DNA from: Chloroflexota bacterium
GTDB taxonomy: Bacteria > Chloroflexota > Dehalococcoidia > DSTF01 > RBG-16-68-14
DNA: 64,000 nt
NCBI GenBank assembly: GCA_022562155.1
Contig: JADFPV010000002.1
Location: forward strand, 9,712-73,711
Direction of reading: 5' to 3'
Shown piece after piece: positions 1 to 8,300 of the stretch. The notes under the pieces are model-generated. The model did not search any database. It had not been told where the DNA came from and saw only the letters and a program-made list of their open reading frames with translations. The translations under genes and the position numbers were made by a program. The stretch's first letter is position 1. Every line of letters starts with the position of its first letter.

Positions 1-841
1 CGCTGGTGGGGCGGCCAAGCTGATGCTGGGCGTTATCCGAATGGGACTGGACTACACCGATTTCGGTGGCACGAACGGTGGGCTCGACCTGCCGTCGGTC
101 CTAGAAGGGCACTTGTCCGAGGATCCGGCAGACGGCATCTATGGCGTCGATCTCTTCGACCAAGCCTTTTCCGTTCTTGCGCTCACCGCTGCGGGAGAGG
201 CGTTAAGGGACTCTTCGGTCGACTACTTGCGCTCCCTCCAACTCGACGATGGCGGCTGGGAGTTCGATGACGGTCTGGGGAGCGACTCGAACTCGACTGC
301 CATGGCCGTGCAGGCGCTGCTCGCGGCTGGCGTCGCGAGTGACGACCCGACGATCGAGGACGCGCTCGGCTACTTCGCTTCGATCCAGGACGCGAGCGGC
401 GCGTTCGCGTTTCTTGCCGATACGGACCCGGACGCGCAGTCGACGGCGATGGTGATTCAAGCGCTGGTCGCCGCGGGGGAGGACCTAGACGAGTGGACGG
501 TAGGCGGAATCACGCCAATGGACGCGCTGCTGACGTTTCAGAACTCGGAGACGGGCGCGTTTCAGTTCGCTGGCGAGGACAGCCCGTTCGCGACGTACCA
601 GGTGGTGGCTGGTCTGCTGATGGCACCGTTCCCGAAGCTAGAGACGGCGATCAGTGAGAGGCCAGTTGATGGCGATGTCGTCATCGTGCCGCCGCACGGA
701 GATAGCGGGACATTACCCGTCGCGATGCCGGACACGGGTGGAGGCTCGGCGGACGGCACAACGCCCTGGTGGATCGTCGCGGCGCTCATGGGGAGCGCAG
801 CGGCCGCGGGAACCGGCGCCCTGGCATTAAGGCGGCGCTGA
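1..841 (+). CDS. Prenyltransferase/squalene-cyclase-repeat (alpha/alpha toroid) protein, 5' end cut by the window edge, with a C-terminal membrane anchor; transcobalamin alpha-domain-like
   Basis: ORF 23..841 stays open upstream to position 2, so the gene is partial. The motifs LQLDDGGWEF (a QxxDGGW repeat) and recurring QAL(L/V)AAG helices are typical of prenyltransferase/squalene oxidase repeats. The C-terminus reads MPDTGGG...WWIVAALMGSAAAAGTGALALRRR: a hydrophobic helix followed by a basic tail. Confidence 0.6.
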   Translation, partial: AGGAAKLMLGVIRMGLDYTDFGGTNGGLDLPSVLEGHLSEDPADGIYGVDLFDQAFSVLALTAAGEALRDSSVDYLRSLQLDDGGWEFDDGLGSDSNSTAMAVQALLAAGVASDDPTIEDALGYFASIQDASGAFAFLADTDPDAQSTAMVIQALVAAGEDLDEWTVGGITPMDALLTFQNSETGAFQFAGEDSPFATYQVVAGLLMAPFPKLETAISERPVDGDVVIVPPHGDSGTLPVAMPDTGGGSADGTTPWWIVAALMGSAAAAGTGALALRRR

Positions 842-845
842 CACG

Positions 846-1952
846 ATGACCATAGCGGGTGAGGTGAGGAGCGCGTCACAGATCGGCGCCCCGCCTGAGG
901 CGGGCCACCGGCTGCACCCGGGCGCGTGGCTGGCGTGGCTTTCGGGTGGCTGCGCTGCGGTCTTCCTCACGTCGAACCCGCTCTATCTCTCGCTGGCGTT
1001 CCTTGTGGGGACGGGCGTCTACCTGAGCGTCCGCGAGTCGCCGAAGGGACGGGCGTTTGGCGCGTTTGTGTTGATCGGGCTCGTGTTCGCGGTGATCAGC
1101 ATCCCGTTCAATGTGCTGACCGGCAGCAGTGGCCCAAGCGTTATCGCGACCATGCCCGAACTGAGCTTTCCGAGCTGGTTCGGCGGCTTCACGTTGGGCG
1201 GCGACATCACGGGCGAGTCCTTGATGACGGCCACGAACCGCGCGCTCGGCATTGCGACGCTGGTCGTCTTCGCGGGCGCCTTCAACGCGTCGATCGATCA
1301 CTTTCGGCTGATGCGGCTGGCGCCGCGCGCTCTCTCGCAACTGATGCTGACGCTGACGGTCGCGATCGTTGTGCTGCCGCAGGCGGTCGCGCATGCCCGG
1401 TCGGTGGCGGAGGCGCAGCGGTTGCGCGGGAAGCCTGCGCGGGGGCTGCGCGCCCTCCCCGGCCTGCTGCTGCCGACGCTGCACGGCGCGTTGGAACGCT
1501 CCGTGCAGCGGGCGGAGTCGATGGACGCGCGCGGCTTTGGCGGCGGCGACGGCGCGGGCGGCGGAGCTTTCGCGGGCGTCGTCGGAGTTCTGGGCCTTGG
1601 CGTTGCGACGTGGGGTGCGTTCGCGCACTACTGGTACGGCGCTGGTCTGCTGCCGACCCTCGCGATCGCCGGAGGGGTGGTGCTAGTGGGTATCGCTCTG
1701 CTGCGAGGCGCCGGAGTCGAGACAACGCGCCTGCGCGCCGATCGCTGGGCCCCGCTCGATGCCTTCATCGCTATCGCCGCAGTGCTCGCTGTTGTCCTGA
1801 TGCTTGCGCTGCGCATGAACGGCGCGGGCGATGCCGGCTACCTCGCGTACCCGGAAGTGGTCGCGCCCGCGTTCCATCCGGTTGGCGCCATCGCGATGCT
1901 GTTGCTCTTGGCGCCGGCCCTCGCATCGGGTGCGAGAGGAACGCGGTCATGA
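846..1952 (+). CDS. ecfT: ECF transporter transmembrane (T) component EcfT/CbiQ-like, with a C-terminal extension of about 110 aa carrying extra TM helices
   Basis: Polytopic membrane protein. It has the EcfT-type coupling-helix region NASIDHFRLMRLAPRALSQLMLTLTVAIVVLPQAVAHARSVAEAQRLRG with the conserved Arg motifs. Its stop overlaps the next start (ATGA at 1949-1952). Typical EcfT is about 250-270 aa; this one is 368 aa. Confidence 0.65.
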   Translation: MTIAGEVRSASQIGAPPEAGHRLHPGAWLAWLSGGCAAVFLTSNPLYLSLAFLVGTGVYLSVRESPKGRAFGAFVLIGLVFAVISIPFNVLTGSSGPSVIATMPELSFPSWFGGFTLGGDITGESLMTATNRALGIATLVVFAGAFNASIDHFRLMRLAPRALSQLMLTLTVAIVVLPQAVAHARSVAEAQRLRGKPARGLRALPGLLLPTLHGALERSVQRAESMDARGFGGGDGAGGGAFAGVVGVLGLGVATWGAFAHYWYGAGLLPTLAIAGGVVLVGIALLRGAGVETTRLRADRWAPLDAFIAIAAVLAVVLMLALRMNGAGDAGYLAYPEVVAPAFHPVGAIAMLLLLAPALASGARGTRS

Positions 1953-3544
1953 TCGCCGTAGAGGGCCTGAGTTTCAGCTATCCGCAGGCAGAGCGGCCTG
2001 TGCTGCAAGAAGTGAGCTTCAACATTGAGCCTGGCGAACTTGTCCTTGTAATCGGGCCTTCCGGCAGCGGCAAGTCGACGCTGCTGCGCTGCTTGAACGG
2101 GCTCGTTCCGCACTTCCACGGTGGCACATACGCGGGTTCTGTTGTGGTCGATGGCCAGAGCACGAGAGAGCATCAGCCGCGCGACTTGGCTGGCAGGGTT
2201 GGGATGGTCTTCCAAGACCCGGAGAGTCAGATCGTCGCGGAGACGGTCGAGGACGAGCTGGCATTCGGGATGGAGACCGCGGGCATGGCCCCTGCGGCGA
2301 TGCGGAAACGCATCGAGGAGGTGCTGGACCTGATGCGCCTTGCGCCGTTTAGGAACAGGCGATTGGAGACGCTATCGGGCGGCGAGTTGCAGCGTGTCGC
2401 GATCGCGGCGGTGCTGACGATGCAGCCTCGTGTGCTGCTCTTAGACGAGCCAACGTCGCAGCTAGACCCGCAGGCGGCCGAAGAGCTGCTGACGACCGTC
2501 CAACGCCTCAACGATGACCTGGGCCTGACGGTCGTGATGGCGGAGCACCGCCTGGAGCGGGTCGTGCAGTACGCCGACCGTGTGCTTTACCTGCCCGGAG
2601 ATGGCTCCGTGGTGTCATCGGGGGTGCGGGAAGCGATGGAGACGTCGCCGCTCGCGCCGCCGGTCGTGCGCCTGGGACGAGGTTTGGGCTGGAGCCCGGT
2701 TCCGCTGTCCGTGCGAGAAGGCCGCAAGTTTGCCGCTAATCTTCCTGCGAGGGAGGCTCCACATTCGACGAACGGGCGGAGCGCGGACCGCCAGCCGGCG
2801 ATTACCACGCGAGACCTGCACGTCTCTTATGAGAACACGCGGGCCCTTTGCGGCGTGTCGTTTGAGGCGTATCCAGGCGAGATCCTGGCGCTCATGGGGC
2901 GCAACGGCGCGGGCAAGACCACGCTGTTGAGGGCGCTTGCCGGTCTTGTGCGTGCGGACAGCGGTTCAGCGCACGTTTTCGGCATGGATGTGGCGACGTT
3001 GGAGACCGAGGAGTTGGCACGCGACGTTGCGCTGGTGTCGCAGGAGCCATCGGCCGTGCTGTATCGACAGACGGTCGAGGACGAGATCGCCGAGACGTTC
3101 GCCTCGACGGGACGCAGCGGCTCTGTCGAGGAGGCACTGCGAGAGTGGGGTCTGGAAGAGCTTCGGCGGGCCAACCCCGCCGATCTGAGCGCCGGTGAGC
3201 GCCAGCGCACCGCGCTCGCCGCGATGCTGGCGGGCCGGCCACGCGTGGTGCTGCTCGACGAACCCACGCGGGGGATGGACTACGAAACGAAAGAGCAGCT
3301 TGTCAACAACCTGCGACGGCGTTGCGAGGACGGCTGCGCGGTCGTGATCGCAAGCCACGACGTGGAGCTGGTCGGGCGCTGTGCCGATCGCGTCCTGCTG
3401 CTGTCTGAAGGCGAGGTGGCCGTGGAGGGTCCGGTGCGCGAGGTCCTGACGGAGTCGCTGACGTTCTCGACGCAGGTCAGCAAGCTGCTCGGCGGGCAAT
3501 TTCTAACGCCAGAGGACGTGCTAGGCGAAGGGGCGTCGATGTGA
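1949..3544 (+). CDS. ecfA: Fused tandem ECF/ABC ATPase (EcfA-EcfA'), two nucleotide-binding domains in one polypeptide
   Basis: True start is the ATG at 1949 (MIAVEGLSFSYP...). The 926..3544 ORF frame upstream of 1949 is a spurious Arg-rich overlap. Two Walker A motifs (GPSGSGKST, GRNGAGKTT), two signature motifs (LSGGELQR, LSAGERQR) and two Walker B motifs (LLLDEPTS, VLLDEPT) are present. It is 531 aa. Confidence 0.85.
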   Translation: MIAVEGLSFSYPQAERPVLQEVSFNIEPGELVLVIGPSGSGKSTLLRCLNGLVPHFHGGTYAGSVVVDGQSTREHQPRDLAGRVGMVFQDPESQIVAETVEDELAFGMETAGMAPAAMRKRIEEVLDLMRLAPFRNRRLETLSGGELQRVAIAAVLTMQPRVLLLDEPTSQLDPQAAEELLTTVQRLNDDLGLTVVMAEHRLERVVQYADRVLYLPGDGSVVSSGVREAMETSPLAPPVVRLGRGLGWSPVPLSVREGRKFAANLPAREAPHSTNGRSADRQPAITTRDLHVSYENTRALCGVSFEAYPGEILALMGRNGAGKTTLLRALAGLVRADSGSAHVFGMDVATLETEELARDVALVSQEPSAVLYRQTVEDEIAETFASTGRSGSVEEALREWGLEELRRANPADLSAGERQRTALAAMLAGRPRVVLLDEPTRGMDYETKEQLVNNLRRRCEDGCAVVIASHDVELVGRCADRVLLLSEGEVAVEGPVREVLTESLTFSTQVSKLLGGQFLTPEDVLGEGASM

Positions 3545-4398
3545 GCACCGCCGGTCGTCTCGGGAGGACAACGGTCTCGCTGGCCCTGTGGGGGCTGGTC
3601 GTGCTGCTGATCGGAGCGATCGTCGGCGTAGGCGCGACGTCCGGTCAGGAGCCGAACCACGCGAGTCTCGTCGTCGTGTACCCAGATGGTCGCGTGGAGA
3701 CGATGTGCGTTGAGTTCGACGAAGAGACGATCAGTGGCGCCGAGCTGCTGCGGCGCTCCGGTCTGAGCGTTGTGTTCAGCGGAGCGGGCGGATTCGGTGA
3801 GGGCGTGTGCCGGATCGATGATACAGGCTGCAGCGACCCGGGCAACTGTTTCTGTCAGTGCTCCGGTGGCGACTGCGCATACTGGTCGTATTTCGCGCTG
3901 AACGATGACCGCGAGTGGCAGTTCCAGCAGATTGGGGCGTCGCAGCGGACACTGCGCGATGGCGATGTCGACGCCTGGATCTGGGGATCGGGTCGCGCGC
4001 CGCCGGCCGGTGCAGAGCTTGCCGGCCAGTGTGCGGACGAGGAACAAGAGATCGTTAAGGAGGAGCCTGAGCCCGCGCCGGCGACAATATCTCCGCAGCC
4101 TAATGCGCGGGCTGAACAAGCACCGGCGCAGGTCGACGATTCTGAGCCGGTCGCTGACGAATCCGTGATCGTGGAGGCTCCCGCGCCGACGCTCGCAGGA
4201 GCGCCGACGGTCGCAGAACCTCTCGTCGAGGCTGACGTGGACGCTGACGATACTGAGCCGCCTCTTGAACCAGAGGCCATTGACGTGCCAGATGACAGCA
4301 GCGGCCCGCCGATGGGCCTGATCGCGTTTGGTGCTGTTGCGCTGGCACTCGCCGGTCTGATCGGCGCGCTGGCGCTGCGGAGGCGGCTGAGTGGCTAG
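3541..4398 (+). CDS. DUF4430-like (transcobalamin beta-domain-like) surface protein: N-terminal signal/TM, Cys-rich domain, acidic linker, C-terminal TM anchor + RRR
   Basis: The ATG at 3541 overlaps the ecfA stop (ATGTGA). Signal-like N-terminus LALWGLVVLLIGAIVGVGA. The core SLVVVYPDGRV...SGAELLRRSGL...CAYWSYFALNDDREWQF...LRDGDVDAWIWG fits the DUF4430 pattern as I recall it (GW.Y.VNG....L.DGD.V.W.Y). A D/E/P-rich linker follows, then GLIAFGAVALALAGLIGALALRRR. Confidence 0.55.
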   Translation: MSTAGRLGRTTVSLALWGLVVLLIGAIVGVGATSGQEPNHASLVVVYPDGRVETMCVEFDEETISGAELLRRSGLSVVFSGAGGFGEGVCRIDDTGCSDPGNCFCQCSGGDCAYWSYFALNDDREWQFQQIGASQRTLRDGDVDAWIWGSGRAPPAGAELAGQCADEEQEIVKEEPEPAPATISPQPNARAEQAPAQVDDSEPVADESVIVEAPAPTLAGAPTVAEPLVEADVDADDTEPPLEPEAIDVPDDSSGPPMGLIAFGAVALALAGLIGALALRRRLSG

Positions 4399-5224
4399 CG
4401 CTGTCATGGCTACGCCGGCCGCCAGGCCGCGGGCGCGCGGGGCCGCGTTGCTTTCGCCGTTGTTGCTAGCGGCGGTGTGTGGCGTTGGCTTGGTGGCCTA
4501 CCTCTATCCGTTCTTCTTGGCCGACATCGATCGCGGTTCGCCGGGAGTCGTGCGGGCCGGCGAGGCTCCGCTGATCTTTGCCGCACTGCTGTCCTTGGCG
4601 CTGCTGCTGTTCCTCGCGGAGCTGACGAGACAAGGGATGAACGCAAAAATCGTCGCGCTGCTGGCTGTCGTGACGGTCGCGGCGGCGGCGCTGCGGATCC
4701 CGACGCTACCGGCAGGAGCGACCGGGTTCTTTTTCTTCCTGATCGTCGCCGGGTATGTGTTTGGGCCTCGCCTGGGTTTCTTGGTGGGCTCCGGCGCGTT
4801 GTTCGTGTCGGCGTTTGCCGTGGGTGGCTTCGGGCCGTGGCTGCCGTTCCAACTGTTCGCGGCCGGCTGGGTGGGGATGACGGCTGGCTGGTTGGGCGTG
4901 CTCGCCGGCCCGAGGCTGCGTGGACGAGGCAGAACAGAGCTAGTCGTGATCGCCGTCTTTGCCGGCGTCTGGGGCATGCTGTTTGGCGCGATCACGAACC
5001 TCTGGTTTTGGCCGTACGTCGCGCAGGGCGATTCGATCTCATGGCAGCCAGGCATGGGACTTGGCGAAGCGATCCAGCACTACTGGTCGTTCTACATCCT
5101 CACCTCGGCGGGATGGGACGTCTGGCGGACGATCGGGAACGTCGCGCTCGTGCTCTTGGCCGGGCGGCCCGTACTGGACCTGCTGACGCGCTATAGAGAC
5201 CGATTCCAGATCCGGTTCGAGTAG
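4391..5224 (+). CDS. Polytopic membrane protein, putative ECF transporter substrate-capture (S) component
   Basis: Start overlaps the upstream stop. About 6-7 predicted TM helices with a Gly/Phe/Trp-rich core (FFFFLIVAGYVFGPRLGF...WFWPYV). It sits at the last position of the ECF T-A operon, where an S component is expected. At 277 aa it is larger than most S components, so the call is tentative. Confidence 0.4.
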   Translation: MASAVMATPAARPRARGAALLSPLLLAAVCGVGLVAYLYPFFLADIDRGSPGVVRAGEAPLIFAALLSLALLLFLAELTRQGMNAKIVALLAVVTVAAAALRIPTLPAGATGFFFFLIVAGYVFGPRLGFLVGSGALFVSAFAVGGFGPWLPFQLFAAGWVGMTAGWLGVLAGPRLRGRGRTELVVIAVFAGVWGMLFGAITNLWFWPYVAQGDSISWQPGMGLGEAIQHYWSFYILTSAGWDVWRTIGNVALVLLAGRPVLDLLTRYRDRFQIRFE

Positions 5225-5225
5225 G

Positions 5226-5320
5226 CCTGACCTTCGGTCAGGGCTGAACTGGAGGTTCAGCCAAGTTCCGCTGAGCAGAGCCGCAGGCGAGCCGTGAGCC
5301 AGCAGAAGCGAAGCTTCTGC
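5226..5320. terminator. Three consecutive stem-loops between convergent genes (bidirectional terminator region)
   Basis: First stem-loop CCTGACC-TTCG-GGTCAGG at 5226-5243. Second GCTGAAC-TGGAG-GTTCAGC at 5243-5261. Third GCAGAAGC-GAA-GCTTCTGC at 5302-5320. They lie between the + gene ending at 5224 and the - gene ending at 5350. Confidence 0.6.
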
Positions 5321-5349
5321 CAAGGTCCGCAGAGCGGAGCCGCAAGCCG

Positions 5350-8300
5350 TTACGACACTTGCCAACCGACCGCGAACAGTTGCTGTGTCTCGGAAATTCC
5401 CTTCAGTTCGACCTCAGTCCCGCTGTCGAAGTCGATGTCTCCCGTGCTGTTGGTCAGCTCCTTGAGGAGTGATGAGACCAATATCTGCCCGGCGCTGGCG
5501 TGCGCGGCGATTCGAGCCGCCAGGTTGACGTGCCTGCCGTAGAAGTCGCCGTCTTCCTGAATCGCCTCGCCCGTGTGGAGCCCGGCGCGTACTTCGATTG
5601 TTTCGTCGGCCGACGCGTTGCGTTCGGCGATCCCGCGCTGGATTGCCATCGCGCAATCGACCGCCCGGCGCGCGCTTGAGAACGCGAGCATGAAGCCATC
5701 GCCCGCGGTCTTTACCTCGTAGCCCTGGTGCGCGCTCACGTGCTCGCGGACGATCGCGTTGTGCTCGCGGAGTAGCTCCATCCAGTGTTTGTCGCCCAGA
5801 CGCTCGTTCATGGGCGTCGAGCCGACGATGTCGGTGAAGAGCAGCGTCACGGTCCCGTCAGGCGCGGCGTGTGGCCGGAGGTCAGGCCGCTCTGCCAGGA
5901 CGGTCCGTGCGACGGTCTCGATCGAGTTTGCGACCGAGTCAATTGTGACTCCCTGCAGTTCGAGCTTCAGCGCGACGATGTCGGAGACGAGCTTCGGCAT
6001 GCCAATCTCCTCAGCTGTCTCCAGTGAGTCCGCGATGAGCTCCCGGGCCTTCTCGTCATCGCCCTCTCCATCGCGTTTCAGGAGCATGCGCGCGTACGCA
6101 AATTGCGTTCTCGCGAGGAACGGCCGTGTTCCCATGCGCTCGTTCGCCACCAGTGCCGTTTCGAAGTGCATTTCAGCTTCATCCAAGCGCCCTGCCGTAA
6201 CTGCGAGGAGGGCGGCTTGATGCGCAACCGACCCAGTGCAGACGGCACCTAAGCTCAGCACGCCGTTTCGATCAGCGTAGTCACCAATCAACTCGTACAG
6301 CGTGTTCGCTCGCTCGGCATCCTCCACAAACGCGCAGACTTCGGCGAGCATCAGTTGCGTCTCGAACCATGACGGATCTCTGGACAAGTCTGCAATATGT
6401 TCCTTCGCCAGCTCCCATTCCTCGCGAGCCTCCTCCAAATTCCCTGCCTGGGTCCAGTAGAATGCCATGATGACGCGTGACGCGACTGTCTCGCCATACT
6501 GCGTTACGACTCCGCGAATTGCGGGTTCAAGCTCAGCAAGACGCCCCTGAAACGTGCGGAGAGTCATGAGCTGAAATCCGGCCCGGAGCAAGGCATCCGG
6601 TTCGCCGCAGCTCTGGAACGCGGCCAACGTCTGCGGGACGAGCACGTCGGCTTCTTCCAACCGGCCCTCAAAGATCGCCTTCATCGCCGGATACGCTGCG
6701 ACCCAACCCGCATATCGATTGATCTTCCCCTTCTCTACGATGTTCCTAAAGAGCCGGGCCGCTTCGTCCGCTCCTGGTACATCGCCCGCTTCGAGCGATG
6801 ATGTGTACAGCCGGAGATTGCCTTCCGCTTCGTGCCAGATCGAGCCGAACTCTTGCCCAGCGTCGATCAGTTCATGACAAACCTCAAGCCGCTGGTCCAG
6901 GCGATCGTGGTGGTAGTTCGCCTCGATCCAACTAACGAGAATGTCTAGGCGGCCCTCTGAGTCGTGAGCCTCGCGGCTGAGCGTGAGCGCCTCATCTCCT
7001 AATTCGTCGCGACGTCCTGGGTCTGCACTCCACTGTAATGCGGAGGCCAGCTCAGAACAGAGACGGGCGCGCAACGCTGCGTCGCTCTCTCCAACTAGCT
7101 TCAGCGCGTCTTCCAGCATCGCCACGCGTTCTGGCTCTACCTTGTAGGCCTCAAAGGCACTTCGGGAGAACGCGAGCGTGCTAAGCGTGAATAGGCGGAC
7201 ATCGCCGATCTCCTTGGCAATCCCAAGCGCCTCCCAAAGCGGCTTCTTGGCTTCTTTGTAGCCAGCCGTCTTGATAGCGGCCGTTCCCTGGGCGAGGAGA
7301 AGTTCCGCTCTTACCTTGTCGCTCTGTTGATCTACAAACGCGAGCGCTTGAACCGCTCTTCGGTAGTGACCGACGGCGTCTTCGTACGCCAACCGAGCGA
7401 GGGCCTGATCTCCCGCCTTCCGGGCGTAGGCGACGGCCTTCTCTGCCGTTCCTGCCTTGGCCGCTTCCGCGAAGTGGTAGGCGAGCTGGCCGATGTGCGC
7501 AGCGGATTCTGTCCCATAGATGCTCTCCAGGCGCTCGCCGACGGCGCGATGCAGCTCCAGGCGCCTGCTCGGCGGCTGGTCCTGGTAGAGCGTGTCTCGT
7601 GTAATCGCGTGGGAGAATTGATAACGGCCCGTGCCCTCTTCCAGCTCTTCGACGAGGCGAGCGGACGCCGCTTCGTCTAAGGCGTCAACGGCTGCCTCGA
7701 CCGACACACCTGCCACACGTTCGACGACACGCAGGTCGAATGCTCTGCCTACCACCGCGGCGCTGGCGAGGAAGTCTCTGCAGGGTTCGGAGAGGTGTTC
7801 CAAACGCCTAGTGACAATCGCGCGCACGCCGTCTGGGATGGCAACGCTCCAGGACGTGGAGGTTGCACCTTCATCCAGCCGGCCGTCGCTAGCCAGCAGC
7901 TTGACGATCTCGCTCGTCACGAATGGGTTGCCCTCTGCCTGCTTGAACAGCGCCCCAGCCAGGCCCGGCGCCGCGACCTTGCCGGTCGAGAGCTCTACGA
8001 ACTGTGTTATGTCGTCGGTTGTGAGTCCCGTGAGGGCGATGCTGGACGTCACGGGCTCTTTCGCTAACTCGGCGAGCACACGCGCTGCTGGCTGTTCCCG
8101 ATCGAGCTCCGTGTCACGGACGGTGCAAATCACGAGCACGCGAGACGACTGAATTTCCTTAGCCAGGAACTGCAATAGCAGCAGCGATGCCTCGTCGGCC
8201 CACTGGATGTCGTCGAGGACGATCACGAGCGGCTCGCGGTTCGACGCGTTCTTCAGAAATGTCGTGATGCTGTCGAAGAGGCGGAAGCGCGCTTGCTCCG

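Noticed and set aside
876-1725. Minus-strand ORFs (250 aa and 147 aa) antisense to EcfT
   Set aside because: Arg/Pro/Ala-rich low-complexity translations are typical of antisense frames in high-GC DNA. The region is fully explained by the plus-strand membrane protein.
926-1948. The N-terminal 341 codons of the 872-aa ORF 926..3544
   Set aside because: The translation is Arg/Ala-rich junk overlapping EcfT in another frame. The ABC ATPase clearly starts at the ATG at 1949, where it overlaps the EcfT stop.
3280-4407. 375-aa minus-strand ORF
   Set aside because: It is antisense to the DUF4430-like gene and the end of ecfA. Ser/Arg-rich junk.
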